Source: Methanothrix sp.
GTDB lineage: Archaea; Halobacteriota; Methanosarcinia; Methanotrichales; Methanotrichaceae
Length of the DNA stretch: 64,000 nucleotides
Assembly: GCA_037128175.1 (NCBI GenBank)
Contig: JBAXWY010000003.1
Span: forward strand, 77,076-141,075
Direction: 5' to 3'
The position numbers and the translations under genes are program-made. The notes under the pieces were generated by a model, which ran no database searches, was not told the DNA's origin, and worked only from the letters and a program-made list of their open reading frames with translations. Shown in pieces: positions 19,939 to 31,500 of this stretch (positions within the stretch are counted from its first letter, which is position 1; each line of letters opens with the position of its first letter).

Positions 19939-20705
19939 CGCGCATAGCCATAGCCGGTGCCCTGGGACGCATGGGCACTTTGATCATCCAGGAGGCGGCC
20001 AAGGTAAAAGACATGCAACTCGTGGCCGGATTGGATGCTGTTGGGGCAGGAGCGGTTCTCCCTGGCGGCATCATCGTCAAAGACGCGGCGACGCTGGAGT
20101 TTGTCTTAAGGGAGAGCAAACCGGATGTGCTCATCGACTTTACCATTGCCAAAGCGGCGGTAAATAACGTATGCACGGCGGCAAGTCTTGGAATTGATCT
20201 TGTGGTGGGAACTACGGGCTTTTCAACAGAGCAGCATTCTTTGATGAAAAAAGCCATCGAAGGCCGTGTGGCTGCAGTCATAACGCCCAACTTCTCCTTA
20301 GGCGTAAATGTATTCTGGAAGCTGGTAGCCGATGCGGCGGCGGCCCTCAAGGACTACGACATCGAGATCATTGAAGCCCATCATAATCAGAAGAAAGATG
20401 CCCCCAGCGGCACGGCTCTGGCCACAGTGCAGGCGATAAAGATGGCTCTGGGCGAAAAGGAGATCGTGTATGGCCGGGAAGGCATCATGCCGCGAGGAAA
20501 AGAGATTGGTGTGCACGCCGTGCGCGGCGGAGATATTGTAGGTGATCACACTGTGCTCCTGGCAGGAACAGGTGAACGCCTCGAGATTAAGCACCAGGCC
20601 CACAGCAGAACTGCATTTGCCAGCGGCGCCGTGCGGGCGGCAGAATGGGTAGTCGGTAAAGAGCCCGGAATTTATAGCATGGCGGACGTCTTAAAGTCAA
20701 GATGA
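19935..20705 (+). CDS. dapB: 4-hydroxy-tetrahydrodipicolinate reductase
   Basis: GALGRMG, GTTG, EAHHNQKKDAPSGTA. Confidence 0.97.
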   Translation: MTRIAIAGALGRMGTLIIQEAAKVKDMQLVAGLDAVGAGAVLPGGIIVKDAATLEFVLRESKPDVLIDFTIAKAAVNNVCTAASLGIDLVVGTTGFSTEQHSLMKKAIEGRVAAVITPNFSLGVNVFWKLVADAAAALKDYDIEIIEAHHNQKKDAPSGTALATVQAIKMALGEKEIVYGREGIMPRGKEIGVHAVRGGDIVGDHTVLLAGTGERLEIKHQAHSRTAFASGAVRAAEWVVGKEPGIYSMADVLKSR

Positions 20706-21127
20706 ACCAACTTGATGAGAAGAGTCATAATCTCATTTTTGAAGGAAGACGGCTGGAACCGGTCTCATTAGAGTGTAATATGGTGGGATTTTGCAGCAAG
20801 TGTGACCTGGACCTGGAGAGCCTGGCATATCACTCTACAGAATCGAACTGGCTGGTCTGTGCGCATTGCAAGAATGAGCACCTTATTCTGATGCGCTATG
20901 ATAGGCAGTGGAACTGGCAGGGGGACAGTAGTCTGGAGATATGCACGGAAAAAGTGAGTGTGTCCTCAATTGCCAAAGAGAAGCTAGAAACGGTCTTCAC
21001 CCAGGCCGAGATCAGAGACATGCTGGCCTATGAGCAGAGAGCGCCCTATACCCGGCAAAACATCTATCGGGCCCGGGCCAAGTATGAGAAATTCGAGAAG
21101 CTCTTCGGCATAAAGATTGATGTTTAG
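20702..21127 (+). CDS. Hypothetical Zn-ribbon protein
   Basis: CSKC and CAHC pairs; ATGA overlap with dapB. Confidence 0.75.
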   Translation: MNQLDEKSHNLIFEGRRLEPVSLECNMVGFCSKCDLDLESLAYHSTESNWLVCAHCKNEHLILMRYDRQWNWQGDSSLEICTEKVSVSSIAKEKLETVFTQAEIRDMLAYEQRAPYTRQNIYRARAKYEKFEKLFGIKIDV

Positions 21128-21130
21128 CAA

Positions 21131-21277
21131 TTGTTAGTTAGTCGCTCTGTGCGTCCTTCTGTGAACTGCGGTGTCTCTGTGGTGAAAACGTCGTTAGCCA
21201 CTGGTTATAACCAATGGTTTACGGACTACCACCACAGAGACCCGAGAGCGCACGGAGGACTCACAGAGGACTCGATT
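21131..21277. repeat. Palindromic intergenic element, copy 2
   Basis: Same core CGTTAGCCACTGGTTATAACCAATGG; arms are reverse complements of the opposite arms of copy 1. Confidence 0.85.
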
Positions 21278-21296
21278 ATTCTACTACACAAGAACC

Positions 21297-22151
21297 TTAT
21301 GCATTCTTATGGCTTTCCACCAAAGCCTTGGTGGTAACAAAGCTGGCGCCTTTGCTTGATGCATATTCTACGAACTTCTTGTAGGCATCCAGGTATTCAT
21401 CTGATCCGGAGACCGTATTGGTGAAGACCACGACCATTGGTTCACCCTTGCCGGCTGACTCATCGAATTTGCCGGCAAGTTGGTCATACCACTGCGTACC
21501 GTTCAAGCCGGCCGCTTTTGCCGCTCCGTCATGCATGCGAAGTGCATGCCCCTCGCTCAAAGGAACCACATAAAAGGCAGATCCGTCCATGAGATAAGGC
21601 ACAATCTTGCCCTGGCTTTCCGGCAATCCCATTTCATCTACCAGGTACAATATCGCCAGATCATCCAGGATCTTGTATTGGCTCTGGTTAAAGGAATCGG
21701 GCACGGGCAGGTAGCCGGCCACCTTGAGCTGCTCTACTCCGCAGATATAATCATCCTCAACGTATCTCTTGGTCTTACGAAGCCTCGCATCCTGATCTTC
21801 GAAGGAGACCAATTCATCGCTCCCGTTCATACCTCCCATCATCAGTTCATGATTCTTTTTGGAGCCGAGCATAGTGACATAGAGAGGATATATACTATTG
21901 GCGATATCTCCTGTGACGGATACCGAAACTGCGAGTCCTTTGGAGTCCGCCTCATTGAGCAGATTTGTGGTGGAGTTCATCTCTAAGTCCTCTTTTTCCG
22001 CCAGACTCTTTCCCTCTGCCAGTGGAGACTGTTCCATTTTAATGATCAGATTCAAAACGCCGGTTCCATTCTGTGCAGACGCACCTGCAAAAATAAGCTG
22101 TGCCATTAATATAGCCAGTCCTGCATAAATCAGCATTCTCTTCAGATACAT
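21297..22151 (-). CDS. Secreted polysaccharide-deacetylase-like (NodB-fold) protein
   Basis: Signal peptide MYLKRMLIYAGLAILMAQLIFAGASA; GHE-like HELMMG, C-terminal F.EYA.SKGASFVT; metal ligands look degenerate. Confidence 0.6.
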   Translation of the reverse strand: MYLKRMLIYAGLAILMAQLIFAGASAQNGTGVLNLIIKMEQSPLAEGKSLAEKEDLEMNSTTNLLNEADSKGLAVSVSVTGDIANSIYPLYVTMLGSKKNHELMMGGMNGSDELVSFEDQDARLRKTKRYVEDDYICGVEQLKVAGYLPVPDSFNQSQYKILDDLAILYLVDEMGLPESQGKIVPYLMDGSAFYVVPLSEGHALRMHDGAAKAAGLNGTQWYDQLAGKFDESAGKGEPMVVVFTNTVSGSDEYLDAYKKFVEYASSKGASFVTTKALVESHKNA

Positions 22152-22738
22152 TTTCCTTTCACCTCTATGGTTTATTTTTATCATATTATGCATTCAATTG
22201 CGAATTACTGCAAATCTTCTAAATTATTTGTGCTTCTATTGCTAATAATACTTGTGGTTGTCTAAAATTTAGACCGTCGCGCATAAAATTTAAGGAAAAA
22301 TTAATATCCTTATGATATCATGATTTTCTGAATCTGTATAAAATAAATATAAAACATTTGTTTTGCGAATTGCATACTGGATACAAATACAAATAGAAAT
22401 TTGGAAATCTGAATGTTAAATTATATAATATTGTATATAAGATGAAATAGCAATATTTTAAGCCATTAATTCCCGAAACATGGTGAAAGAGTTAAAATAG
22501 ATAAGCCTACAACCAATTATATGGTTATCTGAATTTGGTCTCTGAAAGGATGTATCTAATGCTATTCCAGGTATGAATAAACGCAAAAAGAATTGCCCAT
22601 ATAACTTTCAATAACTCTGAATAGTTATTACAATTTGGAGTCTGTTTGAAAAAAATATACCTGATGGCAATAGGAGAGATGCCTCTGATTAAGATAACCG
22701 GATGCTGACCGAATAGTTGGGATATAGGAGGAAAAATC

Positions 22739-25700
22739 ATGTCATATCATAGCAAAGCGATAACTCTAGTAATGCTTTTATCGCTGGTTTACCTGCTGAC
22801 CGGATCGTCGCTGGGCGCAGCTGTGCCCAGCCTCGCCGTAACTCAGCTCGTAACCTCTGGACAGACTGTGACCCTGCAAGCACCTTCTGGAGATTACCTC
22901 TATCAATGGACCGCTGTAACTGGCGGTGCTACCATTGGCCAGGGGGCGGCGCGAAGTTTTTCATTTAAGGCCCCCCTGGTATCTCAGGTTGAGAACTCGA
23001 AGGCGGTCACAATCTCGCTATACATAAGAACCAAAGAAGGAGGTTGTGTCAACCAAACGAGTACTGATATTAAAGTCTACTCTCTGCCGGTTTGCGGCAT
23101 AGGCGGACCCGCACAAGTCGGCCCCTATGAAACAGGTGCGTACAGCTATACAGGCGGTACAGGCGGCAGAACGACATTTGTGTGGAATGTGGACGGCAAA
23201 AATATCGCAGGAGCCACCGGACCAAATGTCAACATAGATTGGACCCAGTACAGCCCCGTCAATCACACCATCGGCATGACCTTAACCAAGGATTATTCTG
23301 ATGTGGCACCCGGTTCAACCAACCCGTTCCGCAGCATAAGCTGCACCTATCGGACAAACGTGACCTACACCACGGGGATGCAGGTAACTAAGACCGCCTC
23401 GGCAGCTTCTGCAGCAGTAGGCCAGGCCGTAACTTATACCTATACCGTCCAAAATACTGGAACCATAGGCATAAACTCTCTGGCACTTGTGGATGATAAG
23501 CTCGGCACGCTTGTCCCCGCCACCAGGACGATTATGCCTGGAGCAACAACGACTGCAACCAGTACTTATACCATAAAAGAGAGCGACCTGCCCGGGCCCC
23601 TGAACAATACAGTAACTGTATCAGGCGTTGAGGACAGGACCAACAAGCCGGTTAGAGCTACAGCCAGTGCCACCGTGACTCTGACCTATAACGCAGCCTT
23701 AAGTCTGACTAAAGTGCCCTCCTCTACCACTGCCAAGGTGGGAGATACGGTAACCTACAGGTTCACTGTGACAAACACCGGAAACGTCACAATAAAGGGC
23801 TTGAACCTGACAGATGACAAGCTCGGAACCATAAAAACCGACAAGACAGAACTGGCCCCGAAAGCTGTTGCAACAGCGTCGGCAACCCATGTCATATTGG
23901 AGAGCGATCTGCCCGGACCTCTAACCAACCTGGCCACCATCCAGGGCACGGATAGCCAGAACAAGCCGGTTACGGCGACAGCTACAGCAACTATTACTCT
24001 GACCTATACCGCTGGCCTCGCCGTAACTAAGACACCGTCTTCTAATACTGCCAAAGTAGGAGATACGGTAACTTACCAGTTCAGCGTGAAGAACAACGGT
24101 TCTGTCACAATAAACGGACTGGCTCTTAACGATGACAAGCTCGGTTTAATTACCCTGGACAAGATTTCTCTGGCACCAGGCGAGACGGCCACGGGGTCAG
24201 CCACGCACCTGGTCGTTGAGACGGATCTGCCCGGACCTTTGACCAATGTGGCCACAGCAACAGGCACAGACAGCCAGAACGTTCCGGTTACTGGCCGGGC
24301 TACCGCATCTGTCGCGCTTACCTACACTGCCACTCTGCAAGTAACCAAGACTCCTTCCGCCCAAACGGCCAACGTGGGCGAAACCGTCACCTATCAATTC
24401 TTGGTGAGGAACACGGGATCGGTTACCATCAATGCGCTCTCTCTCGCAGACGATAAGCTCGGCACCGTCGCCCTGGACACCAACACACTGGCCCCAGGTG
24501 CAAGTGCTAATGGTTCTGCGACTCACCTCGTCGTCGAGGCCGATCTGCCCGGACCGCTCACCAATATCGTGACGGTGTCAGGCACAGACAGCCAGAACAA
24601 AGCGGTCAGCTCCACAGCTACGGCCACGGTCCAGCTTACCTACGCCGCCGCTTTGCAGGTGACCAAGACGCCATCAGCGAGCACGGCTGCCATGGGTGAG
24701 ACTGTTACCTACCAGTTCTCCGTTACTAACACTGGAAACGTAACCGTAAACGCTCTGACTCTGACGGATGACAAGCTGGGCGCCATCACATTGAATACCG
24801 CCCTGCTGGCTCCCGGCGCGACTGCTACGGGATCAGCGACGCATACCATCGTCGAGACGGACCTGCCCGGACCCCTGACCAACATTGCCACGGCCAGAGC
24901 CACGGACAGCCAGAATAAGCCGGTTACAGCAACGGCAACGGCAACCGTCACCCTGACCTACAGGTCCAGCATGAGCGTGGCCAAGGTAGCTTCGAGTACA
25001 ACGGCCAGGGTAGGAGACAGCATAACCTACACCTACACTGTGAATAACACGGGTAGCATAACCATCAACAAATTGTCTCTGAGCGACGACAAACTTGGTG
25101 CCGTAGCTACAGACAAGACTACACTGGCTCCCGGTGAGAACACTATCGGCACCATTACTTACACCGTGCTCGAAGGCGATCTGCCCGGACCGCTCACCAA
25201 CATCGTAACCGTCACGGCTACGAATAGCCTGAACCAGCCGCTTACAGCAACGGCAACGGCAACTGTCGCCCTGACCTACACAGCCAGCCTGAACGTGGCC
25301 AAGGTGCCTTCCAGCACAACGGCCGCCGTAGGAAGCCAGGTAACCTACACCTACACAGTTAGGAACACGGGTAACGTGACCCTCACTGGTCTGACTCTGA
25401 GCGATGACAAGATAGGCGCAATAACACCCGCCAAGACATCTCTAGCTTCGGGAGAGACCACAACAGGAACCGCTACTTACACCGTGCTCGAAGGCGATCT
25501 GCCCGGACCGCTCACCAACATCGTCACTGTTGCGGCCACGGACAGCCAGAACCAGCCGGTCACAACTACGGCAACAGCTACAGTCACCCTGACCTATACG
25601 GCCAGCATGAGCGTGGCCAAGGTGCCTTCCAGCACAACGGCCGCCGTAGGAAGCCAGGTAACCTACACCTACACAGTTAGGAACACGGGTAACGTGACCC

Positions 25701-27175
25701 TCACTGGTCTGACTCTGAGCGACGACAAGGTCGGCACGATAACACCAGGCCAGACCACCCTCGCTTCGGGAGAGACCACAACGGGAACCGGTATTTACAC
25801 CGTGCTCGAAAGGGATCTGCCCGGACCGCTCACCAACATCGTAACAGTTGCGGCCACGGACAGCCAGAACCAGCCGGTCACAACTACGGCAACGGCAACA
25901 GTCGCTCTGACTTACACCACCAAACTGGAAGTTGCCAAGGTGTCGTCGACGGGAACCGCAGCCGTGGGATCTACCATAACCTACAGCTACACGGTTAAGA
26001 ACTCGGGAACCGTCACCATCAATGGATTAACCGCGAATGATGACAAGCTAGGCACCATCGCCTTGGGCACTAATACACTGGCTCCGGGTGCAAGTGCTAA
26101 TGGTTCTGCGACTCACCTCGTCGTCGAGGCCGATCTGCCCGGACCGCTCACCAATATCGTGACGGTGTCAGGCACAGACAGCCAGAACAATGCTGCCAGC
26201 GCCACCGCAACGGCAACGGTCGCCCTGACCTACACATCCTCTATCAGCCTGGCCAAAACAGCGACTTCAACATCACCGCTTTGGATAGCCGGTAGTGGTG
26301 CAAAGCTTGGCGATGATATCGTCTATACCTATGTGGTTTCCAACACGGGTACTACCACCGTTAGCGGAATCCTTGTCGTAGATGACAAGCTGGGCCAAGT
26401 CACGCTGGACCGGAATACCCTGCCTGCAGGAGAGAAAGCTACCGGCAGCCTGACCCATAAAGTAGTCCAGGGTGACATGGGCGAGGAACTTAAATCGACC
26501 ATCGTAAATACGGCTACGTCTACTGGAACCTCCATAGGCAAGCCGATAACGTCAAACGTGGCAACTGTTACGGCCGGCGTTTACAGAGATGCAATTAAAC
26601 CAACCATGGACTGCGTGTCTGTCAATAAAGACGGCACTTTCAACGCCTTCTTCGGCTACAGCAACACCAACGGCGTGGCCGTCAGCCTATCCCTCGGCAA
26701 GAATAACCAGTTCACGCCACTCCCTGACAGCCAGGGACAACCCACCACCTTTGAACCGGGAACCCAGACCTCCGTCTTTGCCGTCGTATCCAAAGGCGAT
26801 TCATTAGTCTGGCATCTGGACGGCAGTACAGCAGAAGCCAACAAGAACTCCCCTGGATGCTCCCAGGCGGTTTGCGCATTGGACGGGCCTTCCGCTCTGT
26901 GCAAGAATAAGGAGGAGACCTACAGCTACACGGGTAAAGAGGACACCAAGTTCAAGAATAGCTATGACTGGTCCATGGATGAGAAATCCCTGGGATCAGG
27001 CAAGAGCATTACCCTCTCCGGAAGCAAATTCGAGTTGGGTGAACACAAACTAAAGGTGAAGGTAAACAGAAATTACATAGAAAAGGCCTGGTCCAGCCAA
27101 GAATGCAGCATGGCTGTAAAGGTCATACCAGAGCCGTCGGCGGACATATCCATGGCGGAGGAGGGCGGGGATTAA
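22739..27175 (+). CDS. Large secreted surface protein with ~10 tandem Ig-like (DUF11-type) repeats
   Basis: Signal peptide; ~106-aa units VG..VTY...NTG...DDKLG...LAPG...DLPGPLTN. Confidence 0.9.
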   Translation: MSYHSKAITLVMLLSLVYLLTGSSLGAAVPSLAVTQLVTSGQTVTLQAPSGDYLYQWTAVTGGATIGQGAARSFSFKAPLVSQVENSKAVTISLYIRTKEGGCVNQTSTDIKVYSLPVCGIGGPAQVGPYETGAYSYTGGTGGRTTFVWNVDGKNIAGATGPNVNIDWTQYSPVNHTIGMTLTKDYSDVAPGSTNPFRSISCTYRTNVTYTTGMQVTKTASAASAAVGQAVTYTYTVQNTGTIGINSLALVDDKLGTLVPATRTIMPGATTTATSTYTIKESDLPGPLNNTVTVSGVEDRTNKPVRATASATVTLTYNAALSLTKVPSSTTAKVGDTVTYRFTVTNTGNVTIKGLNLTDDKLGTIKTDKTELAPKAVATASATHVILESDLPGPLTNLATIQGTDSQNKPVTATATATITLTYTAGLAVTKTPSSNTAKVGDTVTYQFSVKNNGSVTINGLALNDDKLGLITLDKISLAPGETATGSATHLVVETDLPGPLTNVATATGTDSQNVPVTGRATASVALTYTATLQVTKTPSAQTANVGETVTYQFLVRNTGSVTINALSLADDKLGTVALDTNTLAPGASANGSATHLVVEADLPGPLTNIVTVSGTDSQNKAVSSTATATVQLTYAAALQVTKTPSASTAAMGETVTYQFSVTNTGNVTVNALTLTDDKLGAITLNTALLAPGATATGSATHTIVETDLPGPLTNIATARATDSQNKPVTATATATVTLTYRSSMSVAKVASSTTARVGDSITYTYTVNNTGSITINKLSLSDDKLGAVATDKTTLAPGENTIGTITYTVLEGDLPGPLTNIVTVTATNSLNQPLTATATATVALTYTASLNVAKVPSSTTAAVGSQVTYTYTVRNTGNVTLTGLTLSDDKIGAITPAKTSLASGETTTGTATYTVLEGDLPGPLTNIVTVAATDSQNQPVTTTATATVTLTYTASMSVAKVPSSTTAAVGSQVTYTYTVRNTGNVTLTGLTLSDDKVGTITPGQTTLASGETTTGTGIYTVLERDLPGPLTNIVTVAATDSQNQPVTTTATATVALTYTTKLEVAKVSSTGTAAVGSTITYSYTVKNSGTVTINGLTANDDKLGTIALGTNTLAPGASANGSATHLVVEADLPGPLTNIVTVSGTDSQNNAASATATATVALTYTSSISLAKTATSTSPLWIAGSGAKLGDDIVYTYVVSNTGTTTVSGILVVDDKLGQVTLDRNTLPAGEKATGSLTHKVVQGDMGEELKSTIVNTATSTGTSIGKPITSNVATVTAGVYRDAIKPTMDCVSVNKDGTFNAFFGYSNTNGVAVSLSLGKNNQFTPLPDSQGQPTTFEPGTQTSVFAVVSKGDSLVWHLDGSTAEANKNSPGCSQAVCALDGPSALCKNKEETYSYTGKEDTKFKNSYDWSMDEKSLGSGKSITLSGSKFELGEHKLKVKVNRNYIEKAWSSQECSMAVKVIPEPSADISMAEEGGD

Positions 27176-27405
27176 AGAAGAGTTGATTGACCTATTTAGC
27201 ACCTGAGCCACTCCGGCCCAGGTGCAAAATTTTATTATTAATATAAATATTTTATAATATTTAATCAATATAGTTTATTTAGTTTTAATTAATCTATATT
27301 AAAAATAAAAACCTATCCAGGTTGGGCCACATAGAACTATATACGAATGTATGCAAATACTAAGAATAAAAAGGAGTATTAAATCATCATCTATATGGGT
27401 GAATT

Positions 27406-28512
27406 ATGACTATGATTTGGGCCAGCGTCTGCCGTCTCATCCTTCTTGCTCTGATCATGCAGCCGGCCCTATCCGAGGACTGGCCAGACTGCAAATTCCA
27501 GTGCCAGGCCAATGATGTAACGGTATCACGGCTGTGGCTGGGCGATGATAGGGGGGCAGATCTGTTTTCTGCAGTGCCGGGTGAAAAGCAATCCTGTTAT
27601 CTCTGGGCCACATTTCGTAATAATGCCAATGCACCACGATATGCAGCGATCTTGCTGGCCGATCTGTACCTGTCTGGCACATTAAGCAGGTCTTTTTATA
27701 ACGATGGCCTTTGCGTCCTGGACAAAATCGAAGCAAAATCCACCGTAGACTATCCCCTCTATAATATTATCTGGACGAGGGGTGAAGAGGTTCGGCTCAA
27801 GAGGCTTGTGTTGAGCTGGGAGACTGCAAAAGATACAAGCTGCAGACAGGCCGTTCGCAAGTGCAGCAATCGCAATACAAAGTGCTATGGTGGCCAGGAA
27901 GCAGAGTTTCTGGTAGAGATGCCTCTTTCAGCCTTCTTCACAGGGGATTTGCAGGATTGCTCTGGTATTACTAAATTCGCGGACCAGACGACCGGAGGAA
28001 TTGGACCGTATGACTACGATTGGGATTTTGGTGATGGATTTCATAGCCCGGCCAAGAACCCGTCCCACACTTACAATAGTCCGGGAACCTACATAGTGAG
28101 ATTGCAGGTAAGAGATCGATCCGGCAAGGTAACTTATGCCGACCGGCAGATCGTCTTTAATTTCTGTCCTTGCACCATTATTGGGCAGAATCACGCATGT
28201 CTGAGCAAAACCGAGACCTACAAAGTCACGTTGACCGGCTTTATTCCGGGCTCAATTAAATGGCAATTGGACGGAAGAGAGATTAGTGGGGTTTTGTCGC
28301 AGGAAGAGTCGGATGATTCTCATGAGTCGGATGAGTCGCATGAAGGAGAAAGCATAGACATTGATTGGCAGAAATTTGGGCTGGGCCAACATGATCTACA
28401 GGTTTATGTGACGGATGAAAATGCCGAGAGCGGCCCCAAGCAGTGGGCCGCGTGCAACATGAACATAACCGTTACACCTGAGCCGGTAGCAGTTATTAGC
28501 TGGGTAGTGTGA
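27406..28512 (+). CDS. Secreted PKD-domain protein
   Basis: Signal peptide; YDWDFGDG...NPSHTYNSPGTYIVRLQV. Confidence 0.88.
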   Translation: MTMIWASVCRLILLALIMQPALSEDWPDCKFQCQANDVTVSRLWLGDDRGADLFSAVPGEKQSCYLWATFRNNANAPRYAAILLADLYLSGTLSRSFYNDGLCVLDKIEAKSTVDYPLYNIIWTRGEEVRLKRLVLSWETAKDTSCRQAVRKCSNRNTKCYGGQEAEFLVEMPLSAFFTGDLQDCSGITKFADQTTGGIGPYDYDWDFGDGFHSPAKNPSHTYNSPGTYIVRLQVRDRSGKVTYADRQIVFNFCPCTIIGQNHACLSKTETYKVTLTGFIPGSIKWQLDGREISGVLSQEESDDSHESDESHEGESIDIDWQKFGLGQHDLQVYVTDENAESGPKQWAACNMNITVTPEPVAVISWVV

Positions 28513-28518
28513 TATTGA

Positions 28519-31500
28519 TTGAAAACAATATTTGTAATCTCAGCATGCTTCGCCCTGATTTTAGCATTTTTGAGCATCGCTCCTGCTCTGGCTGCCATGG
28601 AAAAAGAGGTGCCGTCCGGGAGCATTTTCAACTTTGCTGCCCAGAACGTATCTCAAGAAGATGTGTCTTTCCAGTGGAGCGCATCTGATGGAAGCCCAAC
28701 GAGCTCCACGGAAAGATCTTTTCGGTGGACGGCACCCATTGTCGATTCACCCCAGAATGTGGTCATATCGCTAAATATAACTAACTCATATGGCTGCTGC
28801 AAATATTATAATAATACTTATAATCTTCGTGTGCTTCCCAGATCGGTGGCCAAGATCTCCTTGAAAAAAGATTGCTTATTCACGGCCCCCGTCAGAATAG
28901 GAGACCCTGTATTGTACACATATAACGTAACAAATCAGGGAACTTTGCCTCTCGTGGACTTGAATCTCACCGACCTGCAGAACTGGGGGCCGGATTGCCT
29001 GCCGATTTATAAATCTGGAGATGATGGAAACAGGGTGCTTGATCCGGGAGAATCATGGTGGTATGAATACTATTATCGGGTTTTAGATCCGTCTGATTAT
29101 CCCATGCTTCGCATCATGCAAAGCAAGATGGGTTCCACACAGCTCTCGGAGACGATACAAAGGCTGATGGAAAAGAAGGTTCGCCTGGAGATTGTGATGG
29201 ATAACTTACGCCGATTTGCAGGCCAATTCGATATGCAGGCAGCCGAGCTGGTCACAAGTCATGAAATCCTAAACTATACATATTACAACTACAGCAATGA
29301 AGTGACGGGCGAATCCTTCAGCAAAATAGTAGATCTAAAAGGCAACCTGAATAAAACCATCTACCTGGACACCATATCCGGTGCCGTGTTAACTGTGCGA
29401 TATGCTGTATCCGGCAAGATCCTCTCCGAAGAACTCTACTATCCCCCACCCGGAACTAAAGAGTACTTCAAAATAGAGTACGATTTGCCGGCTAAGGGAT
29501 ATAATACTATTACTATCATTGATTATATCTCTGGAGATACACTAATTCTGATTGTAGACGGCAGGGGAAATATTTTGAGCAAGGAGTATCGAAGAACTCC
29601 GGGATATCAGCTTTACATAGAGAGATTTTTGCTCAAGAATAAGGCCACAGTGACTGCTAAAACCAGAGACGGAAAAGATGTGTCCGATTGGGATTCATTC
29701 ACACTGGAAGTCTTCCGGCCCCTGCCCGAGTTACGAGTGACAAAGACAGCTCAGCCGGAATCGGCAATTTTGGGCGGTCTCCTGAACTATACCATTTTTT
29801 ATGAAAATATTGGTGGTGCAGATGCCCATGATGTTGTGATCAAGGAGACATACAACAAGAGTCTCACCTTCCTTACCTCTGACCCCGTTCCCGATACGGG
29901 GACTGTGAATCAATGGAGCCAGGGAGTCCTCAAGATAGGGGAGTCAGGCCGGATACAAATCCAGGCCAGGGTCAATGCCCTTGCATTGCCCGGATCGTAT
30001 ATTACCAATCAGGTAGAGCTGATGTGCAAGGAAAACTCCTCCGCAATTAGTATAATCAATACCACTGTGGGGGGCAATGATTTGTATATTAACAAGAGAG
30101 CTTCTGCAAATTTCGTGTCTCCCGGCAAGAACCTGACCTATTTCATAACGTATCGAAATAATGGTTCTATAAAGCAGACTAATGTGACGATTCAAGATTG
30201 GCTGGACCCCTACATCGATCTGGTCAACGGCAGCTCCCAAAAATATCTCGTGTGGCGGCTGGGAGATTTAAATCCGGGCGAGGTGGGCACAATAACCATA
30301 GCGGTAAAGGTAAATAATTCGATTCCGGTGAGTGCTTCTAAAATCATTAATAAATATCGAATAAATTCCCTCCAGTTTGCCGGGAAAACATGGACATTAG
30401 TGACGGGTGTTATTCACGGCGGGTTGAATATTACCAAGATCGCTTCCTCAGATTTCGTGCCGCCCGGCAGGGAGCTGACCTACACCATAACGTATCAAAA
30501 TGTGGGCTCTGTAGACCAGACCGATGTAACGATTCATGATTGGCTGGACCCCTACGTCGATCTGGTTGATGCCAATCCAACTCTGGACCCGCCTAACGGC
30601 AGATCTGGAAATCATCTCTGGTGGAACTGGACAGTCTTGAAACCGGGCGAGGGAGGGACAATAACCATAAAGGTGAAGGCAAATATCAATATCCCAAAGG
30701 ATGTTTCAAAAATTATCAATACTTACAAAATTGATTCCAATGAGTATCAAGGAAAAAATACGACATTGGTGACGGATGTGGTCCACTCCCTCTGGATCCG
30801 GAAGACGGCAGATAAGAACGCCTATAACCGGGAAGATAATATAACATATACAATCAATTACGGGAACGCTGGGATCGAACCTGCCGATTCTGTGAATGTC
30901 ACCGACCTTCTTCCAGAGGTGATTCTCATCAGTGCGTCTCCACTTCCGAGTATTATTAGCGGCAATAATCTGACCTGGAGAGTTGGAACTCTAGGCGAAA
31001 ATGAATTAAGAATCATCCAAATAGTAGTACAGATCCCTAAGAAAGCGAAGGCGAATTATTACGAGACATCTCTGGTGCAGGGCGATGGTTATGCTTATGT
31101 TCGCAAAGGATTTGACACTCAGGAAAAGAAAGAAGCTCTCATAAACAGGGCAAAAATATCCGGATACTATGGAATATACCTATACAAAGTCATCAGCAAT
31201 TCAACTGTAGTTATTCTCGGCTCGCCCGGCACCAGTATTTCCAGTCGGGAGCATGGAAGCGGTTACTACAAAGAGGAGGCAAAGAGCAGCCTGCATCAAG
31301 AAAATAAGAGCATCAGCCTGGAAAAGAATCTGTTTGCCAAATACGGGAAGACTGCCTTTCTCCTGCCCGGGAATCGAAGCCTTAATTACGATTCATTGTG
31401 GTCGGATCGAACTCGCGTTGAGAACAGGATCCTGGGCGACTCCCTCAGTGAAAAATATCTATACGCAGATACTCTGAGCCAGAACAGCACTTATGTGGCG

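Noticed and set aside
27100-27175. PEP-CTERM/archaeosortase signal
   Set aside because: PEP is not followed by a transmembrane helix and basic tail.
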